A DNA stretch of 64,000 bases from assembly GCA_016748015.1 (NCBI GenBank), contig JAAOMT010000697.1, positions 1,243,281 through 1,307,280 on the forward strand. Reading direction: 5' to 3'. The stretch's first letter is position 1. Each line of letters opens with the position of its first letter. Origin of the DNA: Geosiphon pyriformis uo1 (taxonomy: Eukaryota > Fungi > Glomeromycota). The position numbers and the translations under genes were made by a program. This document shows, piece after piece, positions 13,023-25,059 of the stretch. The notes beneath the pieces are model-generated. The model was not told the DNA's origin. It made no database searches and saw only the letters and a program-made list of their open reading frames with translations.

Positions 13023-13818
13023 TATTGTTAATTATAAAAAAAGATACAAGAAAAGATAGAAAAAACAGATTATAAAAAAATAAACCAATAAGAAAATTGT
13101 AATTAATGAATAAATACATTTTTAAAAATAAGCACATTTCTAAAAGTAGCACAAAAAAAAGTAGAAATGTGTAAAATTTTATATAATACAAATTATGTAT
13201 ATATAGCAAAAGTATTAAAAGCAAAAAAAACAGAACAGTAATAATTAATTAATAGTCAACAAATATTTATTTTTTTAAAAGATAGTTTTTTATAATTTAA
13301 AATAAAATTATATTTATATCAATAAATATATCTATTACTATTCAATTTATATTATTATTGTTTAATTAAAAAATCTTAATTACTTTCATACTATTAAAAA
13401 TTCATGTTAATAAAATTTAATACTTAACTATACTAAACCAATAACTCTTGATCATGATTATTAACAAGATATTAATTTTTTATTTTTTTTTATTTGGTTT
13501 TATTATTTACTAATTAATTAAAAAATTAAGTACTAAATAATTGATATCAAAAATAATCTGGTAAAAAACTCATAAAACAAAAATAAAAAACTTAAAAATA
13601 GCTTACTAAAAGAACATGACTGCCAAATTAAACAAATTATCATGCTAAAAACAGAAATTGAGAAAAAACCATTACTTGAATCTTTGTTCATTATACAAAA
13701 GACTTAACCAAAATTTTTAAATACCAAAACCTTTAAAAATTATCATTAAAAATAGCTATTAAACATCAAATTACAGATTTGTTATTTGTTTTAACACTCC
13801 AAATAATTATTTGTAATA
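13023..13818 (+). mobile_element. 5' LTR of Ty3/Gypsy family A
   Basis: Homologous to revcomp 9935-10823; followed by TT, a TGG-initiated PBS and gag. Confidence 0.85.
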
Positions 13819-13820
13819 TT

Positions 13821-13830
13821 TGGTGCTCTT
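13821..13830 (+). promoter_or_regulatory. Primer-binding site (TGGTGCTCTT)
   Basis: TGG start 2 nt after the LTR end; complementary to a tRNA 3' end ...GAGCA-CCA. Same arrangement at 16401. Confidence 0.7.
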
Positions 13831-13882
13831 TATAAAGTATAATCTAACAGAAAACCAGTACTAACATCTATTATTCAGAATA

Positions 13883-15520
13883 ATGACAAAATTAGAAATA
13901 ATAAAGACAAATCACTTAAGATTTACAAAAACTTTATTTCAACATTATTAAACTTACTTTGAATTGACAAGTAATTATTGGCCAACAAAATTAGCTTTCA
14001 ATTTTTATGTCAATAAAAAAATTATATTCTACTTAAAAAACCAAAAAAATTCAGAAACCACTTTCAAAAATTTCTACAGTAAATTACTTTAAAATACTAC
14101 ACTTCTACAAAATTATCTGTTTACTACACTAATCATAGAAATAAATCAAAAAATTGAAAACACACTCAACTAAATTTCTTATTATCTTTGTAAACAAAAA
14201 AAAAAGTTATAAATCCTAGCAAAAACACCAAAAAAAATACAACTGCTTATCTAAAAAAAACCAAAAGTTATTTTACTTATCTATTTATTATATTATTATA
14301 AACCTAAAAACATTATTCAGATAATATCAACAGTTATATCTACATCAAAAATACCATTAGCATGAATATTATTTTAAAGTAATTAAAAAAAAACTAAATT
14401 ATTAAAAACTTATAACAATTTATTCAAAAAATTTAAATTACAACTAACAACTTTATTAGAACTCTAAACATTGTCATTTTAATCAAATTTCGAATTTATC
14501 AGTAATTGGACAAAAACTGAATCAAAAGAAAAAGAAAACAACAATCAAAAAAACAATAATCAAAACTCAATTCCAAAAAATCCAGAAGTTCAAACTCAGC
14601 AAAACCCAAAAAATTCAAACTCTACTCCTATTTTCAACAACAATTTACCTTTAGTTATCTAAATTAATTCTTCTATTATACTAATAACCATTTTCATTAA
14701 CCACCAATCAACTTATCTTTAGAACAAATAGTATATGCACCAATTGTTAAACTTAAAAAATTTACCAATAAAGAAAATAACACCTAAGCATAATTAAATG
14801 ATATAGTAAAAACTATTGCAGTCAATAAATGAGATAACACTAAAGCTATTTAAAAAATTCTCTACTTTTTACAAGATATTACTAACTTGTAATATTAGAG
14901 TCTAGTCAACAAACCACAAACTTTTAATATATTCCAAGTCGTGTTTCTACAATATTTCAGTAATTACAACAGCATTAATTGGTTATTACTGGTTTTACTA
15001 CAATTAAGCAAAGTAATAACAAAGCAATTATCACTTATTTAGGACATTTCTACAAAAATTTATGCCAAATTCAAGCAGTTAATGCTGACTATTTTACAAT
15101 ATTACAGATCTTGAATCAATTTATTTATAAATTATGTAGAAATTTGTTATAACAAATATGCTTATTACATTTTAACACACTTCAAAACACAGATACTTAT
15201 ACCAAAAATTTTAAGTTAGTTAAACTCAAAGCCAATTACACCCAAACTGCAAATCTAGTAATAAACTAATTATTTGAGTTAGATACCAAATTGAAACAAT
15301 TTAGACAAACAATCAACCAGAAGATTAAGGAATATTTAACTTATAATTAAACAATTTATCAGTTTTTTTAATATCATAATAATCTAAAAAACTATAATTA
15401 TGATTTTAGTTAGTTATATCTATTATTATTAAATCAGTCATGGCAACAAAAAACATGTATCTGTTATTACTATAGTAAAAAAGAATACTTAAAAATAGAT
15501 TGTAAAACAAAGTTAAATAA
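13883..15520 (+). pseudogene. Ty3/Gypsy gag, family A (retrotransposon capsid domain + zinc knuckle), decayed
   Basis: VYAPIVKLKKFTNKENNT*A*LNDIVKTIAVNK*DNTKAI*KILYFLQDITNL*Y*SLVNKPQTFNIF.. (14730-14970), ITYLGHF, QILNQFI; knuckle remnant CYYYSKKEYLKIDC (~15460-15503). Confidence 0.85.
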
Positions 15521-16080
15521 ATAAATAATTAGCATTAATTAGTATATATTATTATTATTTCAATTATAACTTATTAGTTAATCAAATTATCAAATATTAT
15601 TATTTAATTAATAATTCGATTTGTATCATAAAAATTAAGATGATTAAATTACACAATATCTTGAACTATTTAATATTCAAAAATTCATCAAAATTAGTAA
15701 AAATTGGCTGAAATAATCAATAATTTGTAGAAATAACTTGTAGTTTGCCAAAATGTATTTTTAGTTTGCCAAAATTATAGCAAAGAGAAAAGTACAAGTT
15801 CAAAAACTAATACTACAGCAAGTTGTATAAAAGAAAAACTTTTCTTTTCAAGAAAATATATTTTACTTTAAATATCTTAATTAAAACAAATCATTTTTTA
15901 TACATATTTATAAAATCAAATAAAAATTAAATATTCAAAAACCAAATCCTTAATTATTATACTTGAAATTCACAAAACTCAACTAACATTTTGAAATTAA
16001 TTAGCTACCAATTTCAATAATCTGTTAGTAACTTTAAGCCTAAATAGAAAACGTTTTCCTTGACAACATTTTTTTTTTTT

Positions 16081-16398
16081 TATTATAATCATTAGGATAG
16101 CCTACAGATAAAATTCCTGTAAAAGAGTTGATTTTTACAGCAAAGTAACTACATATTTTTAATGAGCTTTCAGACAAGCAATTTCTAGAAAAAAGTTAAC
16201 ATTTACTAAAATATAATTACATAAAATAACTAGTATGGAATTGGCCATTTCATTTATAAGTCCAGCAGTTCAAATTATAGGAGATAATTTGAAGATAAAT
16301 TCAGTTATCAAAAGTTCAATTACTTCCAGAAAATGTGAATTCACAGTCAATAGGCATTAACAATATTTAAGAAAAAAAACCAAAAACTTTCAATAATA
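16081..16398 (+). mobile_element. 5' LTR of Ty3/Gypsy family B
   Basis: Homologous to revcomp 1-198; ends ..AATA followed by TT-TGGTGTTCTC and gag. Confidence 0.72.
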
Positions 16399-16400
16399 TT

Positions 16401-16410
16401 TGGTGTTCTC
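16401..16410 (+). promoter_or_regulatory. Primer-binding site (TGGTGTTCTC)
   Basis: Same position and near-identical sequence to the PBS at 13821. Confidence 0.65.
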
Positions 16411-16442
16411 TTACAGAAATAATACAACAATAATAACTTCAA

Positions 16443-17650
16443 ATGGTGATCACACCAGACACAATAACTCTAGAATATTATCAGTCAATTTACACTTATT
16501 GCAAGCAAAGATTTAACATCCAAGACGAAATTAAAATTTTCAAGAAAACATTATACTAATATATTAAAAATATCATCAAAAATTATCTTTTTGGAAACTA
16601 CAACATTTCAGAAGTTAAAAGCCACTTCTATAAAAATCTATTATATTATTTTAATTTGAAAACTAAAGACCTTAGCAGTAAAATACTTGACATCTGTTTT
16701 CATGAACTTAACTATAATATTATTCAGTATTGTAAAAAAAAATATTTAGTACAGTTTAAATACTTTCTTGACTTTGAATCAAAACCAGAAAATAGCAACA
16801 GTAGAAAACAAAAAAAAACATTTTAAGTTAGTTATACAACTTACAATACACTAAAAACAACTGCCAAACACTTGCAAACACTCAAACAAAAAATCAATGC
16901 CAAATTACCACTTTCTATTACATTATTTTCAATTTTACTTGTTTAACCACAAACTTCCAACTTATCACTTATCTAGTTTTCAAGACTAGAAAATTTTCAG
17001 TCATCTAAAAGTCCTATTTAACAGCAAGAACCAATATCAACCAGCACCAATCTTCTTGATTACTTAAAAAAAAACCAAAATAATTACTTAGAGAACTTAG
17101 AAAGTAAAGAAACTGAATCAAAACAAGAAAAAACTATTAAAAACAAAAAAGAAATGGCAACTATATACATTGCAAAAATCACTGAATTTACAAGAAAAAA
17201 TGCTAATACTGGCCCATAAAAATAGCTTGACAAAATCCAGAAAGCAGAAAATGTAAACAGATAAAATACAACAAAAATGGTAAAAGCAATCTCATACTTT
17301 TTTCAAAAAACAGCAGGAGAATAGTTTGAAAATCTAACTGAATCTTTTGAAGACTGTCAAGCATTTAAAGATGCTTTTTTGGAGCAATTTACTAACAACA
17401 ATACCTTTATTACTCTTTAAAATTGCTTTTACAATATTAAACAAAAATCATCTGAAACTGTTATGACTTATTTTGGAAGATTTAATAAACTTCTCAAATG
17501 AATTCAACAATTAAAAGCCAATGATTATTACTCCAATGCTCAGATTTTGGATCAGTTTATTGCAGGATTAAAAAATAACTTAATTAAGAAAGTTTGCTCT
17601 TATGCTTCAACAAACTTAGCTACAGCCATACAATATGCAAAAAACTATAT
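16443..17650 (+). pseudogene. Ty3/Gypsy gag, family B, 3'-truncated
   Basis: MVITPDTITLEYYQSIYTYCKQRF..; capsid domain EMATIYIAKITEFT..LDKIQKA..KAISYFFQKTAGE*FENL..FKDAFLEQF..IKQKSSETVMTYFGRFNKLL..QILDQFIAGLKNNL..NLATAIQYAKNY, then an abrupt end. Confidence 0.88.
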
Positions 17651-18690
17651 ACATTAAAAACTTAATTAGATAGGTATTTTTTAAAGTTAATAAAGTTTGC
17701 TAGTAGACTTCGAATTATAATTAATTTATAAAAAGTCTATTCTAACTAATTGATTCGACTTCATTAAATATTATATTAATTAAAAAAAGACACTAGTATT
17801 TTTTATAGCTTTATAAAACTTTTTTAATATATTTTGGTCTTGCTAAACAATTTTTTATTTAAAATACTTTAACTTAAAAGACAAGAGCTTACAGAAAAAG
17901 TAGCAAAATGAATTACTCTCAAACTTTATCTATTTTCAAAACTTACATTTAAAGAAATTATATTTTAAATTTCAATATACTTAAATTTCTTTTTTTGAGC
18001 AAATCTTACTGATTGTTTCATTAAAGCCAAATTATTTTTTATTTAATAAAGTAATGCCAAAATACATCAAATTTTATACTGAGTTCTAAAAGATATAACT
18101 TTTTTAAATAGATTTTGTGTAATATATTTGTTAAGTAAAAGATGCTCAAAACAAATAAAAGTTTAAAGTTTTAACAATTTAGATTGAATATCAAAATAAA
18201 TATTGAAGTTTAGCTTTTTTATAATGATTTATTGACAAAAGTCATAAAGTAAATGTCTGAATTATTAACTTGTAGAAATCTAAGATAAATTTTATGCAAG
18301 TAAAAGCTAAGAAAATTATATTAAATCTGTTATTAAAGCTATTACTAAAATTGAAAAAGCGACTAGAGTGAATGAAAACCATCACAACCTTAAAACTAGA
18401 TTATGTATTTAAGAAATTTATAAACTATTAAAACCAGCAAACTATAAGTTTTTATTTAAAAATAGCAATAAGACAATAATAACTATTAATAGTTTTTGCA
18501 GTTATTTAAGTTCCAGATGTTTAAACCATGTAAATAAAAGAATAAAGTAAGGTCTATTTTCAGAACTTTCTAATATTTCTGATTTAATTTTTTCAGAAAT
18601 TTGAAATTCTTATTTATTAGTCTTGAAAATTCTTTTTTACCCATACAAAACATTTAAGATTTAATAATCTATTTGTGTTGCTTGAAAATT

Positions 18691-21600
18691 ATGTCTTCAA
18701 AATTATCAATTGAAAACCCAACTTTATTCTTTGACTGATTTGAAGGAATATTTATAGTTATCAATAAAAGTTTGTTCATTTTTCTAGCTAGTAAATATTC
18801 AAAAGTTGTTGACTTAGTTAAAATTTATCTTGTACACAATCAGAAAACTCTTAAAGACTTATTTAATTGCTTAAATAATAAAAATCCAAAGCATTTAATA
18901 GACAATATCTTGCTTGGCTTTTGTTTAGAACATGGAATTGAAACTATTCCTAATTTGACAAAAGCATTTTTAAAATTTCAGAAAGCAGCAAATGCAGAAA
19001 ATTCTTTTAGACAATTTTTTTTAGATTATTGTCATAATAATAGAATTGATACTTCAAAAGATCAAGAAAAAGCATTTGAACTCTATTTAAAAACAACAGA
19101 GATAGGACATTTAGATACACAATACACTTTTGTAATTTGCTATGCTAACGAGGAAAAAACAACAAAAAATAAGGAAAAAACATTTAAGCTTTATTCAAAA
19201 GTTGCAGAGATAAGACATTTAGATACACAATACAATCTTGTAATTTGTTATCAAAATGGAGAAAGAATAACAAAAAATGAGAAAAAAACATTTTAACTCT
19301 ATTCAAAAGCTGCAGAAGCAGAATATTTAGATGCATAATACAGTCTTGTACTTTGTTATAATAAAAAAAAAAAACAATGAAAACTTCAGAAAAAGCATTT
19401 AAACTTTATTCAAAAGCAGCAAAAGTGAAACATTTAAATACACAATATATTGTAATTTGTTATGCTAATAGAGAAAGAATGACAAAAAATTCAAATAAAG
19501 CATTCAAACTTTATTCAAAGCAGTAGAGACAGGACATTTAGATGCATAATACACTTTTGTACTTTGTTATAATGAAGTAGAAAAAATGACAAAAAAAGAA
19601 AAAAAAGCATTCAAATTTTATTCAAAAGTTGCAAAGACAAGACATTTAGATGCACAATATGCTCTTGTACTGTGTTATGTTAATAAAGATAGAATAATGA
19701 AAAATAAGAAAAAAACATTTGAGTTTTATTCAAAAATTGCAGAGACAGGACATTTAAATACACAATATGTTCTTGTATTTTGTTATGCTAATAGAAAAAA
19801 AACAACAAAAAATGAGGAAAAAGAATTTGAACTTTATTCAAAAGTTATAAAAGCAAGACATTTAGATACACAATACAATCTTGCAATTTGTTATGAAAAT
19901 AGAGAAGAAATAATAAAAAACAAGAAAAAAGCATTTGAATTTTATTCAAAGACTGCAAGAGCACAACATTTAAATATATAATACAATCTTGCAATTTGTT
20001 ATGAAATGGAAAAAAAATAACAAAAAACGAGAAAAAAGCATTTAAGTTCTATTTAAAGGCTGCAGAGACAGAACATTTAAAATACACAATATAATCTGGC
20101 AGTTTGTTATACTAATAGATAAAAAACAACAAAAAATGAGAAAAAAGCATTTGAACTCTATTCAAAGACTGCAAAGTAGAACATTTAAAGCACAATATGC
20201 TCTTAGAACATATTATTGAAATCGATTAAAAACAACAGAATATTTAGAAAAAGTGGAAAATCTGAATTCACAAACTAGTATTAAAACATATTATTGAAAT
20301 GATGGGAAATAGTAAAAAATTATGAAAAAATATTTCAATTCTATTTAAAAACTGCAGAGACAAGAAATCAAAATACATAATATAACCTTGAATAATGTTA
20401 TTAAAAAGGATAAGAAATCACAAAAAATCTCTAAAAAGCATTTGAATTCTATTTAAAAGCAGTGAAAGTAAATAACTTATGTTATCGAAGTAATATTACT
20501 AATATCAATGTCTATAAACTTATTTTAGAAAACCAAAACAATCTTGAATATATTATTTTATGATTTCAAAATTAAGACTTTAAACATCTTGATAATTTCA
20601 ACAGAGAATTTTTAGATTTTAAAGCTTTTTTTAACCAGTTTTTAGATGAATTTAAGTGTTTTAAATATGGCAACTTGAGTATAATTATTAATGGATTTCC
20701 TATATGTCTATTTTGTGATACTGATAATAGTGATAATAATGTTTTTGAAACAGATTTGTCAAAATGTTCAGAATGTAATAACACATTAAAAGATCCACTT
20801 TTTTGAATCATTATGATTTTTAAAGATTTAGAGAACATGAGATAGTAGAAATGATAATATTAATCAGTATATATTATTTACACAAAGTATTTTTGAAAAC
20901 CGCAAAAACTGTTTGGAATAGATTTCTTTTGACAAAATCGAATTTTTTGATTAAGTGGGAGAAGAAAAATTTGGTATTGTCAAAAAAAATAGATGGGAGA
21001 ATAGTAAAATTTTATTTTGGGACAAGAATATTTAAAAGTATGAATGAACTGGGATTACAAAAGTTGTTTTGAAATATCTTAAAAATAGCCAAAATATAAA
21101 ACATATTAATTCAGATAAGATATTTTTTTTTAAGAAATCTATGTGATTTTTATTATTCCAATTTCTTTTTTAAACTAAAAACTGTATTTGTATAGTTTAT
21201 TGTGCATCATCAAAGTGCCACCTGCAAATACATTATTAAATGCTATGGAACCAAAAATCTTATAACTAATGAATTTATTATAGTTTTACTATTTATAGAA
21301 CACAGGAACTTCAAAGCTTGTCTCAAGTAAAAATATCTTCATTTAACTTGAGAAATATTTGTTTATATTTTTTTTTAAATTGTTGGTGGGCTAAAATTTA
21401 TACATAAATTAGAACTAGTGCATAGAGATTTACATCTTAAAAATATTTTTGTTTTGAAAACAAACCTCTTAAAAATTGTTATTTCTGATTTTGGCCTCTG
21501 TTGTCTTGCAGATGATGCTCTACAATCTAGAAACACTTATGATGTTCTTGAGTATCTTGCACCTAAAATTTGCAAGGGTGGTTTTTATACTAAATATAAC

Positions 21601-21760
21601 AATATATATAGCTTTGCTATTATTTTATGTAAAATTATATCAGAAGAAAGACTTTTATATGTTCAATGAATAATAAAACTTTCATTTATCATATTTAATG
21701 GTCAAGAATTTTTTGATCTAAGCATCTTTTTTTCCAGATCTAGATTTTTCTATTAGCATC
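18691..21760 (+). pseudogene. Sel1-like-repeat (SLR) + tyrosine-kinase-like (TKL) protein kinase, copy A (repeats N-terminal)
   Basis: ATG 18691; helical cap; ~13-14 SLRs; Cys-rich linker; kinase with VVLKYLKNSQNI, intron ~21114-21195, IIKCYG, VHRDLHLKNIF, ISDFGLC, LEYLAPKI, IYSFAIIL. Many stops and frameshifts. Confidence 0.9.
18985..20470 (+). repeat. 108-bp (36-codon) coding tandem repeat: Sel1-like repeats
   Basis: CATTTAGATRCACAATA recurs at ~108-nt spacing (~19108, 19216, 19324, 19431, 19533, 19642, 19751, 19859, 19966, 20073, 20181). Consensus GHLDAQYNLAICYENG..TTKNEEKAFELYSKAAE. Confidence 0.93.
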
Positions 21761-22739
21761 AATCATATAAATAAAAACACACTTGACAAAATTAGTAAGT
21801 ACTTTCAAATTATTTTAATATTTTTGTAATAAATTTATAAATAAATAAAAGTATATTTTATTATATTGAAAAATAAAATGTAATAAATACTATAATTAAT
21901 ATGGTTAAAGTTTTATCATATATTAAATTTATACAAATATATACCTTATAAAAATATTTCAATAATTATTATTATTTATCAACTATTTGAAAAGTTTTTC
22001 AAAAAATATGACACTACATCTATTTAGTACTCTCTTGACAAAATTCACACTTGTTGCAATTATAAACATATAGACCTTTTTTATTAATTTTTTTGTTTTC
22101 CATGATTTAAATAAAAGACAAAGAATAAGAGATAAAATATAAATTAATTGCTATTGAAGAAAATTTTTTAAAGCTTTATTTAATAATATATTAGAAAAAA
22201 AAATTTCCAACAAGTTTGTATTTACATTAGCACTGTTATAGTCAATATTTCAGAATAAGCAAAGCTAAGTGTTTTAATACATAAATTTCAGAAATACACA
22301 TGTAAAAATAAAGTGTTATTTACTTTATGTAAGACAAATTTTCAATCACATATAATATTGATATCAATTCATTTGAATAAGTGATTACCAATTTCTATTG
22401 TAAAAGAATATTTGTGTATTAATTATGTGTAAACAGGAAGAAACCGTTATTCTTATTAAGCAAAAAATCTAAGAATCAACATATTTTTTTCTTTAAACAT
22501 CCATAATGTATCAATTCTAAATTTAACTAGTCTTATTACTTTTGTCAAAGAAATTCTTAATAATATAATAAGATTATACACATTATTTACTAATTAAAAA
22601 TACAGAAAAGTTTTATTTACTTCTATTTTATTTTTATCAATAATATTGTAGTATTCTAAAGCTATATATATATACATTAATAAATAAAGATCAATTTATC
22701 AAATATGTTACTTATAACTCAAATTAAGCAATTTATAAG

Positions 22740-23900
22740 TTTTAGAGTACTGCATTTGCTTCTAGCTATTTTTTTAATTTGCTTATTAAGTTCTGTCTAT
22801 TATTAAAGAACATTGTATTAATAATTTACCTAATTGATACATATTTGAAATAGTTGTATAGGAATTATTCTCATTACATATGATATTATTTCAGTCTGTC
22901 AATAAAATGTCGAATTCTTTGTTTGTTTTATTTCTATGCTTAAAATCAATAAGAACATATTTATACTCTTTAAAATTATTTGAATTATAAACAATATTTG
23001 ATAAACAAATGTCACAATAAATATAACCAAATTGATGAAATCTTTTTAGTTCTATAAGCAAACTGCATGTCATCACATATGTTGTTTACTAGTCTTTTGG
23101 TGGGTGTTTAATGCCACATGTTTTCAGTTTGATTATATATTCCTCTGGCCAATCTGCTTCAAAGATTGGTCTTTCTAAGACCTAAATGAATCCATACTAA
23201 TTTTTGGCATGCTTGTACATAAGTTTTAAATGTATTGACACAATTGTTCTTTTTCTCAAAGTCATAGAGTTCACTGGCTAATATAACTTTCTTGACATAG
23301 TCTTCAAAGAAAATAATTGTAGAATTTCTGAGTTGTAGTGATTTATTGAGAGAAATTACTTTAATAGAGAAGGCATTCTTGATGATTATGGTTTTAAAAA
23401 TGCAAACAGTATTGATAATTATCTTGAAAACTGTGAATTAAATATTTACATTGTCTAGGTAAAGTTCTGTAAAGAGTGGAACTAATGTCTTGCTATTAAT
23501 TACAAAAAGCAAATAATATTTTTTGTTATAGCATAACAAATTAAAAGTTTAATATTACCAAAATATAATGAATTGAGTTTACTAAACTTGAATATAAGTT
23601 TTTTTTTGGCAGTTTCTAACTTGTTTTGTGCAGCCTTTATTTCATTTTTTATTACTTGTATATTCTTAACATATTCAAGAAGATTAAGTCTAGAATTTTT
23701 GTTGCTATTGGAGTTAAACATTAAAACAAAAACTAATAAACACTAAAAACAGCACACAAAATAATACATACGTCTCAGTTGCATTACTGGAAAATTTGAT
23801 TCAAAAATTAGAGTTACAGCAGAGAAATTCTAGATAACATATGGTTAATAAACTCACAGGTATAATTATATCTCCTTTGATTACAATTTTAGTAAACTCT
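22740..23900 (-). pseudogene. Crinkler (CRN)-type REase + protein kinase effector, decayed; 5' end not resolved
   Basis: SRLNLLEYVKNIQVIKNEIKAAQNKLETAKKKLIFKFSKLNSLYFGNIKLLICYA resembles the CR-REase RPD...EEK...YA motif. It is followed by FKIIINTVCIFKT..ISLNKSLQLRNSTIIFFEDYVKK and kinase LKRFHQFGYIYCDICLSNIVY..YVLIDFKH..YTTISNMYQLGKLL. Probable intron ~23725-23771 (GTATGT donor). Confidence 0.72.
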
Positions 23901-25059
23901 ATTTCAAAAAGGACATGCTTGATCATAATGCTAATTTACTCTTTTATCTATTTTATTAAAATAGAGATAGTCATAAAGTTGTTAAAACTGACTATTGTCA
24001 AATAAGATAATATTGTCAATTATAAATAGATTAAGAACAGCTAATATGAAAATCAAGGTCATATTTTTGCTAAGTCTAAGTAATTAATCATGAAAAGCTT
24101 TGCAAAAAAAAGTGCATTAAGGAGGTTTAGCAACTGGCCAGCATAAGTTTGATAAAGTATCAAATGACTAAATAAGGTTTGCACATATGAACTTAGTGTT
24201 TTCAGATTTTATTGTTTAAATTATTAAAAACCAAAAAACTATCAACATTGATGTATAAATCTGTGTTAAAAATTACAATACTGTTGTATGGTCTTTTTGG
24301 AAAAAATTTGATTTCTACAAGTAAAACAACATTCAAAAATGTTAAAGTTGTAAAAAAGTAACACACATAAGTCAGAATTAGTACTCAAAGTTATAAACTC
24401 TGTTTCTAATGTCTAAGTTACAAGTCATGAAATCGTTACCTATCTTGTTATTTCTATCAAAACATTTTGTAGTTTTTGCATTTGTGTCTTCCATTCATTT
24501 TTTTCTAATTTTAATTATTTGCTTCTTCCAACTCTTTTTTTTCTTTTACCTTTTCCTTTGCTTTTCATCTACATTTTTTTTTTCTCTCAGATTCTTCTTT
24601 AATTTTTTTAACCTATTTTTTTTCTCACTCTTCATAAACTTCTTTAGCTTTTCAGTGTATTTTTTATACTTAGTCTTAGCTTTTTTCAATACTTGTTTAA
24701 TATCTTTAATGCTCTCTATGGTGTTTTGTGTGTTGGGATGATATAGCTTAATATATGTTTGATTTGTGTCAGATCTGTATAAATTTATGTCCTATGTTCT
24801 ATAATTGTTATTTTATTGTGCAATATTTATTAATATATTTATTAAAATATAATTGTTTGTTATTATTTTTTATATATTTTAACATTAAATATAAATCATT
24901 TTTTATTATAAAATAAAGACTTTAAAATATTGTGGAATAATTTTAAATTTAGATTAAGTATATATTATTTGGAATTTGGCCAACTTCCAAACTTATAAGA
25001 TTAGATTATAGAAATTTTAAAATAAAATAAAATTAGAATATTAAATATTTGGACAAAAT

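Noticed and set aside
24409-24741. Phe/Leu-rich 'membrane protein' ORF (also 7397, 11435, 13018, 30675, 46381)
   Set aside because: Compositional artefacts of AT-rich DNA, several antisense to or inside decayed elements.
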